A DNA stretch of 64,000 bases from an uncultured Gammaproteobacteria bacterium (GTDB lineage: Bacteria; Pseudomonadota; Gammaproteobacteria; Magnimaribacterales; D2472), in contig CAZFYG010000004.1 of the NCBI GenBank assembly GCA_964523375.1, positions 13,652-77,651 on the forward strand, given 5' to 3'. Of the stretch, positions 29,537 through 36,708 are shown in pieces. The position numbers and the translations under genes are program-made. Position 1 is the stretch's first letter; every line of letters begins with the position of its first letter. The notes under the pieces were generated by a model, which saw only the letters and a program-made list of their open reading frames with translations, was not told where the DNA came from and ran no database searches.

Positions 29537-29802
29537 CAAAAAAAATATTCTGCAAAAAATTTAATAAGGAACTGGATGCACTATCATCACCGCCGATGCC
29601 TGGTCCTAAAGGAGCTGAATTGATGAAAACGGTTTCAGATAAAGCTTGGAAGGAATGGAGGTCGCACCAAACAACACTGATAAATGAAAAGCATCTTGAT
29701 ATGTCTAGCGCTGATGATAGAAAATGGTTAATAGATGAAATGGATAAATTTTTTAACAACGAAGACTATGAGCAGGCATCTGGGTTTAAGGCATTAACTT
29801 AA
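29533..29802 (+). CDS. yggX: Fe(2+)-trafficking protein YggX
   Basis: 89 aa: IFCKKFNKELDAL..PPMPGPKG..WKEW..HQTTLINEKHL. ATGA-coupled to mutY. Confidence 0.85.
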   Translation: MTKKIFCKKFNKELDALSSPPMPGPKGAELMKTVSDKAWKEWRSHQTTLINEKHLDMSSADDRKWLIDEMDKFFNNEDYEQASGFKALT

Positions 29803-29809
29803 TCTATTG

Positions 29810-29838
29810 ATGACATTAACTTAAAACTTTCCTATAAT
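29810..29838 (+). promoter_or_regulatory. Candidate sigma-70 promoter for tRNA-Phe
   Basis: ATGACA (29810-15), N17, then TATAAT (29833-38). The -10 element ends 15 nt before the mature tRNA 5' end. Confidence 0.45.
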
Positions 29839-29853
29839 CCCATTTCACTTATT

Positions 29854-29929
29854 GCCCAGATAGCTCAGTCGGTAGAGCAAAGGATTGAAAATCCTTGTGT
29901 CGGTGGTTCGATCCCACCTCTGGGCACCA
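29854..29929 (+). tRNA. tRNA-Phe (anticodon GAA), CCA encoded
   Basis: Hand-folded cloverleaf: acceptor GCCCAGA/TCTGGGC, D stem GCTC/GAGC, anticodon stem AAGGA/TCCTT with loop TTGAAAA, T stem GGTGG/CCACC with loop TTCGATC, and 3' ACCA. Confidence 0.95.
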
Positions 29930-29930
29930 T

Positions 29931-30134
29931 TTATTTAAACCACTTGTAAGGCTTATCCCCAGCTACTTTAAAATAGATAGCCATATTAGTTATGTGAGTT
30001 ATTATAAGGGTTAAGGAAATACCTAAAGCCCAATAAATATTTCTAAAGTTTTGATGGGCATCAACTAAAAATAATAAAGCTACTACTGATAATGTGAATA
30101 CTCCTATTGGTAAAAACGCATTTAAGTTTTTCAT
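29931..30134 (-). CDS. Small (67 aa) two-helix membrane protein, unknown function
   Basis: Two hydrophobic segments (FLPIGVFTLSVVALLFLV; WALGISLTLIITHITNMAIYF). The start forms an ATGA overlap with the ferredoxin stop, which suggests co-translation. No family recognised. Confidence 0.4.
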   Translation of the reverse strand: MKNLNAFLPIGVFTLSVVALLFLVDAHQNFRNIYWALGISLTLIITHITNMAIYFKVAGDKPYKWFK

Positions 30135-30454
30135 TTTTTCTCCTTTTTTTGATTTAAATCTATCTCTACTTCTATATCTGAAATTAACTCACTTTGGCAA
30201 GCCAATATAAAGCCCGCATCTAATTCTTCTTTTTTCAAGGTATAGCTAAAGTCGATATTAGGTTTTATCTTCCCTGAAATAATTTTACATTTGCATGTGC
30301 CGCAGCTACCCACCTTACATCTATGCGGCCAATCCACACCCTCTGATAAAGCTGAAGAGAGCAGAGTTTTGGCGGGTAAAACATCGAAGCCTATGTTGTT
30401 GCTGAGGAGTTCTGCTCTCCTGGGTACTTTCTTCTTTCTAAAAATACTAAGCAT
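30131..30454 (-). CDS. Plant-type [2Fe-2S] ferredoxin, stand-alone domain (107 aa)
   Basis: Cys ligand pattern C-x4-C-x2-C-x31-C (HRCKVGSCGTCKCKI ... ILACQ). The start lies 1 nt after the alkB-like stop. Confidence 0.8.
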   Translation of the reverse strand: MLSIFRKKKVPRRAELLSNNIGFDVLPAKTLLSSALSEGVDWPHRCKVGSCGTCKCKIISGKIKPNIDFSYTLKKEELDAGFILACQSELISDIEVEIDLNQKKEKK

Positions 30455-30455
30455 G

Positions 30456-31607
30456 TTAAGAGGCTATTGGTGCTAAAGAGGAAGTATCCTCATTAAATTT
30501 ATTCGCAATAGATCTTTCCTCTTCGGTCGCATAATTCTTATCCCAATTGTCTAGATGTTTTTGAACAAATTTTTTGAATAATGGTGGATATAAAGTTAAT
30601 ACAAAAAGAGTGAAATAACCTATTCCATAATTAGGCCCCCCTACATCATCGAGCTCCCAAAAATAAGTCTCACCTCTTACATGATGGTCGCACTGTCTTC
30701 CGATCTCAATAAAAAACCAGCTGGTAAAAACTGAATCATTATCCCATGAGTGCCTGTGCTCAACAGGCCCATCTTTTCTTATCAAACCATAGTGGCCCAT
30801 GAAATTTAAAGCTTCTAAGAGGAAGTTTGATAAAATCCAAACTGTTGCCAATGCAAGCAGTCCAATTACTCCTCCAGACCAAACAAATAGAAATATAGAA
30901 GGTAGGCTGTATAAATATCCAAGCAACCATCTGTTGTCTTTGTTTATAAAACTCTTACCTTGATTTTTAAGCTTCTTAGCTTCCATATCAAATGAAAATT
31001 TTGATTGGCCAGCATGAGAAAGCCAAGTATGTAAGTACACATTTCTTCCCCTCGGTGCTGTAGCTGGATCATCTTCGTGACCTAGGTCTAAGTGGTGATT
31101 GTATACATGAGCGTAAGTGAAATGTGACGCCCCACTTAAAGCCATAATTAATCTTGAAACAAAAAATCCCTCTTTTTTATTGTGGGATAGTTCATGCCCA
31201 TAAATAATTCCAAGCCCAGCCCATAAACCCGAAGATATAATGGCACCTATGAGATTAATGCCTGATATTCCATTTTGATATTCAATTGGTCCTAGAGATA
31301 AATTCTGCAAGATTGCTCCAGAAGTATATTGGTATAGTCTCCAAGCTAAAAAAACCTGTATGGTAACGAAGACTGGCAACATCACATACATTACAAGATA
31401 TTGAAAAAACTTAATACCATAAGAGTTTCCATTATTGTCCACCTCAGCCTTGAGATGAATATCTTTCGTTAAAGTATCTATTATGGTGTAAAGGCCAAAT
31501 AGTATTACTCCTGTCCAGGCATAAGTGCTACCAAGAAATATCCCAAAAATGGTTATTATTGATGACACTGGAACAATTAGGTACCTTGCATTTATATAAA
31601 ACTTCAT
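30456..31607 (-). CDS. AlkB-family integral-membrane di-iron hydroxylase (alkane 1-monooxygenase/XylM-like)
   Basis: His boxes HELSH and HVYNHH, the AlkB-specific NFMGHYGL motif, HRHSWD, and a third box reading RQCDHH. AAGGAG Shine-Dalgarno 8 nt upstream. Confidence 0.8.
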   Translation of the reverse strand: MKFYINARYLIVPVSSIITIFGIFLGSTYAWTGVILFGLYTIIDTLTKDIHLKAEVDNNGNSYGIKFFQYLVMYVMLPVFVTIQVFLAWRLYQYTSGAILQNLSLGPIEYQNGISGINLIGAIISSGLWAGLGIIYGHELSHNKKEGFFVSRLIMALSGASHFTYAHVYNHHLDLGHEDDPATAPRGRNVYLHTWLSHAGQSKFSFDMEAKKLKNQGKSFINKDNRWLLGYLYSLPSIFLFVWSGGVIGLLALATVWILSNFLLEALNFMGHYGLIRKDGPVEHRHSWDNDSVFTSWFFIEIGRQCDHHVRGETYFWELDDVGGPNYGIGYFTLFVLTLYPPLFKKFVQKHLDNWDKNYATEEERSIANKFNEDTSSLAPIAS

Positions 31608-31655
31608 AAGAAAATCTCCTTCTTAATAATCAATAAATCCTAGGGAATACATCTT

Positions 31656-31705
31656 CCGTTTTAGCACTTTCTTTTAAATCGCGGCAATAGGATCAAATTA
31701 CGATT
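31656..31705. repeat. Direct repeat copy 1 (50 bp, identical to copy 2)
   Basis: The sequence ccgttttagcactttcttttaaatcgcggcaataggatcaaattacgatt was read directly. The identical string recurs 107 bp downstream. Confidence 0.95.
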
Positions 31706-31762
31706 AAGCAAAACATAACAAACAAAATCAGTTTGCAGTGTTAAATCCATGGAATGGTAGTA

Positions 31763-31812
31763 CCGTTTTAGCACTTTCTTTTAAATCGCGGCAATAGGAT
31801 CAAATTACGATT
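31763..31812. repeat. Direct repeat copy 2 (50 bp, identical to copy 1)
   Basis: Same 50-mer as 31656-31705. Short flanking similarity (aaatcc..ggaat) lies just upstream of both copies. Confidence 0.95.
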
Positions 31813-31891
31813 TGAGTATTAAACTTGATAATAATATTTTTGTAAATACTAATACTTGAAAAAATATTAATTAATTTGTAAGTTACTTAAC

Positions 31892-32845
31892 ATGACCACT
31901 AAATTACAGCTCTTTCCTCACATAGAACCTTTTAATACAGGATTTTTAAATTGCTCAGAACATAATATTTATTACGAAGAGTGTGGTAACAAAAATGGAA
32001 AGCCGGTTGTATTTCTTCATGGTGGGCCGGGTGGAGGCGGAAGTGAAGATGTTAGGCGTTTTTTTAATCCAGAACATTACAGAATTATTATTTTTGATCA
32101 AAGGGGTTGTGGGCGGAGCACTCCTCATGGATGCCTAACCAATAATACAACATGGGATTTAGTATCTGACATAAATAAACTAAGGCAAAAGCTTGGAATT
32201 TCTAAATGGATGGTTTTTGGGGGATCATGGGGCTCAACATTAGCTTTGGCTTACTCTCAGTCACACCCCTCTTCAGTAAGCGAGATTGTAATTAGAGGAA
32301 TATTTATGCTCCAGCAGCACGAGCTAGATTGGTTCTATCAAGAAGGTGCAAGCAAGCTTTTTCCTGATGAATGGAAAAAATTTATTGGGGTCATTGAGGA
32401 AAGAAAAAGAGGCAATCTTATGAAAGCATATAATGAAATTTTTAATGGCTCAGATGAAAAGGCTAAACTAAGTGCTGCAGTGGCTTGGTCTAGATGGGAG
32501 GCTTCGACTAGCAAGCTTGTAAAAAATGATAGTTTAATGGATGAATTTTCTGATCCTCACTTTGCCCTTGCGTTTGCGCTAATTGAAAATCATTACTTTA
32601 TGAATAAAGGATTTTTAGAACATGAGAAGCAACTATTAGATGGTATTGAGAAAATAAGAGATATTCCAGCAGTTATAGTTCAGGGTAGATATGATGTTGT
32701 TTGCCCAATGGAAACTGCATATGAGGTTTCAAAAAGATGGCCTGAAGCTTCATTTGAAATCGCGCAGAATTCAGGACATTCTGCGTTTGAAAAAGAAATA
32801 GTTCATCTTCTAGTGTCTGCTACAAATAAATTTGCACACAATTAA
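31892..32845 (+). CDS. pip: Proline iminopeptidase
   Basis: FLHGGPGGG oxyanion region, nucleophile elbow GGSWGSTLALAY and C-terminal GHSAFE. Confidence 0.85.
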   Translation: MTTKLQLFPHIEPFNTGFLNCSEHNIYYEECGNKNGKPVVFLHGGPGGGGSEDVRRFFNPEHYRIIIFDQRGCGRSTPHGCLTNNTTWDLVSDINKLRQKLGISKWMVFGGSWGSTLALAYSQSHPSSVSEIVIRGIFMLQQHELDWFYQEGASKLFPDEWKKFIGVIEERKRGNLMKAYNEIFNGSDEKAKLSAAVAWSRWEASTSKLVKNDSLMDEFSDPHFALAFALIENHYFMNKGFLEHEKQLLDGIEKIRDIPAVIVQGRYDVVCPMETAYEVSKRWPEASFEIAQNSGHSAFEKEIVHLLVSATNKFAHN

Positions 32846-32908
32846 ATAAAAAACATTAAACACTAATAATCTCTGCTCAGCTGTATATCTGATATCATTC
32901 TTTAAGCC

Positions 32909-33649
32909 ATGTCAGAAAAAGAAAATAATCCCATTATTAATGAAGATAGAGTAGAGAGAATTCTATCTGAATACCTTGTACCAGACCAAAAGTTCAGAGA
33001 TGAAAAAATAGAAAATATGATTGTTTTTTTTGGATCTGCAAGAGCTCCATCAGAAGAAGAAGCAAGCGAGATTAAAAAAGAAAATCCAAATAATCCAAAG
33101 TTAAAATTACTTAAGTACAACAAAGCAGCAGAAGAGCTTGCATATAAATTGGCCAAGTGGAATGAAGATGTATTTAAATATAATAAATATTCAATTTGTA
33201 CTGGGGCTGGCCCAGGCATAATGATGGCTGCCAATAAAGGGGCTCACGACGCAGGCGGAAAAAGTATTGGCCTGTCCATACAACTTCCATTTGAGGACAT
33301 AGAAAATCCATATTTGAGTAAAAATCTAGATTTTGATTTTCATTATTTTTTTATGAGGAAGTTTTGGTTTGCCTATAGGGCCGAGGCTTTGATAATAATG
33401 CCTGGTGGCTTTGGTACTATGGATGAGCTGTTTGAATTACTTACCTTGATTCAATGTCAAAAAATTAAAAAAGAATTTCCTATTGTCATGTTTGGAGCTG
33501 AGTTTTGGCAAAAATTTTTAAATACTGATGTATTGCTAGAGTATGGTGTGATATCTGAAAATGATCTTGATAACCTTTTCTACACTGATCATGTTGATGA
33601 GGCTTTCGCTCATATAACTTCAAGTCTCGAAAAAAGTAAAGATTGCTGA
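32909..33649 (+). CDS. LOG-family (TIGR00730) nucleotide phosphoribohydrolase-like protein
   Basis: TGAGPGIMMAANKGA and PGGFGTMDELFE signature motifs. Confidence 0.8.
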   Translation: MSEKENNPIINEDRVERILSEYLVPDQKFRDEKIENMIVFFGSARAPSEEEASEIKKENPNNPKLKLLKYNKAAEELAYKLAKWNEDVFKYNKYSICTGAGPGIMMAANKGAHDAGGKSIGLSIQLPFEDIENPYLSKNLDFDFHYFFMRKFWFAYRAEALIIMPGGFGTMDELFELLTLIQCQKIKKEFPIVMFGAEFWQKFLNTDVLLEYGVISENDLDNLFYTDHVDEAFAHITSSLEKSKDC

Positions 33650-33663
33650 GATTACTAAATTAA

Positions 33664-34098
33664 CTAGCTCCAAAGAGTCTCAGGGTTAACCATTGTTTTA
33701 ATTTCTAGGACATTCCCGCTGGGGTCCTTGATAAAAAAAGTTTCTTGCTCTCTATCTTTGCCAACAAATCTTCTGTATGGCTTATCAAAATAATCAAAGT
33801 CTTCAGAACTCTCAATCCTATCTTTTAACGCAAAGAAATCTTCTTCAGATAGATGTACTCCAAAATGCGGAACTGAGACAGTTCCCATTTCTACATCATG
33901 CCTTTTCTTGGCAGCCAATTCATCAGGCCCATGATGTAAGGTCAATTCATTGCCCCAAAAGTTTATATCTTGCCACCTTCCTTCTTCAAAGTCTCCGGCA
34001 TCACAACCCATAAGATCGCAGTAAAAAAACTTTGATTCTTCAATGTTTTTTACAGCTATGGCTAGATGAAACCTATTTGATGTATTTAGATAATTCAT
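33664..34098 (-). CDS. VOC (glyoxalase/bleomycin-resistance/dioxygenase) family protein
   Basis: The FHLAIAVKNIEESKFFY N-terminal beta-alpha-beta-beta-beta pattern and C-terminal FIKDPSGNVLEI are typical of VOC modules. Assignment by pattern only. Confidence 0.5.
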   Translation of the reverse strand: MNYLNTSNRFHLAIAVKNIEESKFFYCDLMGCDAGDFEEGRWQDINFWGNELTLHHGPDELAAKKRHDVEMGTVSVPHFGVHLSEEDFFALKDRIESSEDFDYFDKPYRRFVGKDREQETFFIKDPSGNVLEIKTMVNPETLWS

Positions 34099-34215
34099 TG
34101 GCTAATGATAACAGTGTGCTTCTAATCTATAAACATAATGATAAAAAATAGGCTTAATTTTTAACTTTAAACCTGATAGAAAAAACATATAATAATTTTA
34201 AGGGATTATTAAGAC

Positions 34216-34713
34216 ATGTTTACAAAACCTATTTCACTTATTGGTATGGCTGGATGCGGTAAGACAACAATTGGCCAAAAACTTGCGGCAAAATATAACT
34301 TTATTTTTTGTGATACCGATATCTTGATTGAGAAAAAATTTAATGCGACTCTTCAAGACATAAAGCAAAAAAATGGATATAAATTTTTGCGAAAAGAGGA
34401 AGAAGAAATCATTCTTGAGCTTGATGATATTTATGAAGTTATTGCTACTGGAGGTAGCGCTGTTTACTCATCTAAGGCAATGAATCATCTAAAGACCCTT
34501 TCAACTATTATATTTATCAATACTCCTTTTGAAGATATAAAGAAAAGGATTGGGGATGCCGGGCACAGAGGATTTGCAATGCCAGATGGCTTTTCAATCA
34601 AGCAAGCATATGAGGAAAGACTGCCCCTGTATAATCATTTTAAAGACATATCAATAGACGGGTCATTGTCAGTCAATGAGGTTATAAGCCAAATAGAGGG
34701 CCACTGTTTTTGA
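34216..34713 (+). CDS. Shikimate kinase-like P-loop kinase
   Basis: P-loop LIGMAGCGKTTIGQ, DTDILIE, FLRKEEEEII and IATGGSAVYS are colinear with AroK. It is not next to aroB, so it may be a paralogue. Confidence 0.6.
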   Translation: MFTKPISLIGMAGCGKTTIGQKLAAKYNFIFCDTDILIEKKFNATLQDIKQKNGYKFLRKEEEEIILELDDIYEVIATGGSAVYSSKAMNHLKTLSTIIFINTPFEDIKKRIGDAGHRGFAMPDGFSIKQAYEERLPLYNHFKDISIDGSLSVNEVISQIEGHCF

Positions 34714-35384
34714 AAACACATGAGGCAATTCTGGTTGGTGCTTCAGGCTTGATAGGAAAGCACGTCAGCAGTCTATTAATAAATAATAAAACTAACCAAA
34801 TTCAGCTTAATAGAAAATCTCTTGAAGTCGTGTCAGAAGCAGTTGAAGAGGTAATAGTAGACTTAAAAGATGAAAATTCTTTTAGGGGCTTTTTAAATGC
34901 TGATTGTATCTATATTACGACAGGCACGAGACTTACCCTTATGCAGCTCGTACATATCAAAAATAAAGATAGGTTAAGCTTTTTGGAAGTTGATTTTGAA
35001 ATGCCTTTACGAATAGCAAGGGCAGCATATGAAAAAGGGGTTAAAAAAATAGCGCTTGTTTCTGCTATAGGAGCTAATAAAAAGTCTAATAACTTTTACC
35101 TTAAAACCAAAGGGATGCTTGAGGAAGAAATATTGAATGTAGGTTTTGATAAGGTTGTGATTGCTCGCCCAGGCCATCTTCTTGGAAAAAGAGATATGCC
35201 TATTGCGAGAGAGGTTAAAGCCTATGAATTAATTTTTAAAACTATGAATCCTATAATGGTCTCAGTGTTTAAGAAGTACAGAAATATAAGTGCTGAGAGT
35301 GTTGCAGCCTCGCTAGTAGCTGCTATAAATAAACCCACCATAGGATGTGATATCCTTGATTATGACGATTTTAGGAACTTTTAA
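34710..35384 (+). CDS. NAD(P)H-binding (atypical SDR, HTATIP2/YraR-like) protein
   Basis: ILVGASGLIGKHV glycine-rich loop. TTG start forms a TTGA overlap with the kinase gene. Confidence 0.5.
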   Translation: MKTHEAILVGASGLIGKHVSSLLINNKTNQIQLNRKSLEVVSEAVEEVIVDLKDENSFRGFLNADCIYITTGTRLTLMQLVHIKNKDRLSFLEVDFEMPLRIARAAYEKGVKKIALVSAIGANKKSNNFYLKTKGMLEEEILNVGFDKVVIARPGHLLGKRDMPIAREVKAYELIFKTMNPIMVSVFKKYRNISAESVAASLVAAINKPTIGCDILDYDDFRNF

Positions 35385-35421
35385 ATACTATTTTTGTCAT
35401 ATTTAATATAAGGAGTTTTTT

Positions 35422-35784
35422 ATGAATAAATTAATTGTGCCTTTTATGGTGCTAACGCTTTCAGGATCTGTTTTTGCAGATAATCACAAGTCAAACAAAG
35501 ATCTTGATGGGTCGAACATGAATCATCCTAACCACCTTCTTAATTTTAAGGAGTGCAGGGAAACTAAAGATGCTGTAGGCGTATTTCTTGCTATGGCAGA
35601 CAAGGCCTGGAAAGAAGTTGAGGAAGATATGAGCAATGAAGAAGAGTGGGCTAAAGCAAGCTTTCTTGCAAGCCAAGCTTCTCATTACTCTACTGTATAT
35701 GATGTCTGGTGCAAAGATATGGTAAACAAAAGAGTAAAAATGGGCATGGCTAAAAAAATGAAAGAGAAAAAGAAAAAAGGTTAA
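35422..35784 (+). CDS. Small secreted protein with Lys-rich C-terminus, unknown function
   Basis: AAGGAG Shine-Dalgarno 7 nt upstream. Signal peptide MNKLIVPFMVLTLSGSVFA/DN, two Cys residues, and the tail KKMKEKKKKG. No family recognised. Confidence 0.45.
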   Translation: MNKLIVPFMVLTLSGSVFADNHKSNKDLDGSNMNHPNHLLNFKECRETKDAVGVFLAMADKAWKEVEEDMSNEEEWAKASFLASQASHYSTVYDVWCKDMVNKRVKMGMAKKMKEKKKKG

Positions 35785-36005
35785 AACTTTCCTCTTTGAA
35801 ATCTCATTCTTATTGAGTAAACCCTAATAAGTGCAACAAAGGTCAAAATTGACTGAGTAAATATTGAAATAGATACAGGGTTAGACCAATGCCAATTATC
35901 TATAGTTAACCAAAGCAGGAAGGTTTGCAGTGGGAAATTTATTGCTGCCCCCATAAGAACGACTATGATTGCTTCTCTAAATGCTGTCTTTTCGGTTCTA
36001 TTCAT
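35781..36005 (-). CDS. Small (74 aa) membrane protein, unknown function
   Basis: Two hydrophobic helices. The start overlaps the ybjQ stop by 8 nt. The stop shares TTAA with the convergent secreted-protein gene. Confidence 0.35.
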   Translation of the reverse strand: MNRTEKTAFREAIIVVLMGAAINFPLQTFLLWLTIDNWHWSNPVSISIFTQSILTFVALIRVYSIRMRFQRGKF

Positions 36006-36339
36006 TTAATTTACCTTTTATTTTGATGGCTGTTCCATAAGCTAATATTTCAGATGCGCCTTTTGCAATTGACGAGGTTTGAAATCTAAAACTAACAATT
36101 GCATCAGCATTTTTTTCCTCTGCCTCCTGAAGCATTCGATCATAGGCTTGGCTTCTTGCAGATGCAAGAAGTTTTGAGTATCCGACTAATTCTCCTCCGA
36201 TTATAGTCTTAAGAGATGCAAGGAAGTCACTAAGAAAATTTCGGGACTTTACTGTGCTGCCTTGAACAATTCCAAGATGCTCTATCTCTTTATAACCTGA
36301 TATTTCATTAGAAGTTACTACTAAAAAATTTTCTCTCAT
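35998..36339 (-). CDS. ybjQ: YbjQ/UPF0145 family protein
   Basis: VVTSNEISGYKEIEHLGIVQGSTV...GGELVGYSKLL...AIVSFRF is typical of UPF0145. Confidence 0.75.
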   Translation of the reverse strand: MRENFLVVTSNEISGYKEIEHLGIVQGSTVKSRNFLSDFLASLKTIIGGELVGYSKLLASARSQAYDRMLQEAEEKNADAIVSFRFQTSSIAKGASEILAYGTAIKIKGKLNE

Positions 36340-36375
36340 GATAATTTAACTATGTTGATTTAATTTATTAATATA

Positions 36376-36708
36376 ATGCATGATCTAATAGAAACAAAGT
36401 TCTCAATTGGAATAATTGTTAAACATAAATTCCTTCACTTTAGAGGTGTGATTTTTGATGTAGATCCTGAGTTTAATAATAGTGAAGAATGGTATATGGC
36501 AATACCCGAAGAGATAAGGCCGCGGAAGGACCAGCCCTTTTATCACCTTCTTGCTGAAAATAAGGATATATTCTACATAGCCTATGTTTCGGAACAAAAT
36601 CTATTGGTTGATGCAGATAATAGCAAGTGCCGCCACCCTGATATTGATAAGATTTTTTCTCATTATGATGGGGGGAAATATATTACCTATACGAGGACAA
36701 ATAACTAA
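36376..36708 (+). CDS. hspQ: Heat-shock protein HspQ (YccV, hemimethylated-DNA-binding domain)
   Basis: FSIGIIVKHKFLHFRGVIFDVDPEF...PFYHLLAE...YVSEQNL is colinear with E. coli HspQ. Confidence 0.7.
   Translation: MHDLIETKFSIGIIVKHKFLHFRGVIFDVDPEFNNSEEWYMAIPEEIRPRKDQPFYHLLAENKDIFYIAYVSEQNLLVDADNSKCRHPDIDKIFSHYDGGKYITYTRTNN

Noticed and set aside
31661-31750. 29-aa minus-strand ORF (MDLTLQTDFVCYVLLNRNLILLPRFKRKC) spanning repeat copy 1
   Set aside because: No Shine-Dalgarno upstream. The equivalent frame through repeat copy 2 is closed by a stop and lacks an ATG, so the repeat is unlikely to be conserved for coding.
29854-31891. Integrated genomic island at tRNA-Phe (alkB-like operon as cargo)
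   Set aside because: No integrase and no direct repeat of the tRNA 3' end (..ggttcgatcccacctctgggcacca) was found on the far side. The 50-bp repeats share no sequence with the tRNA. This cannot be excluded without comparative genomics.
34130-34150. Fur-box-like half site (ATAATGATAA) between the VOC gene and the aroK-like gene
   Set aside because: Only the left half matches the consensus and the right half does not. Such matches are expected by chance in DNA this AT-rich, and neither flanking gene is iron-related.
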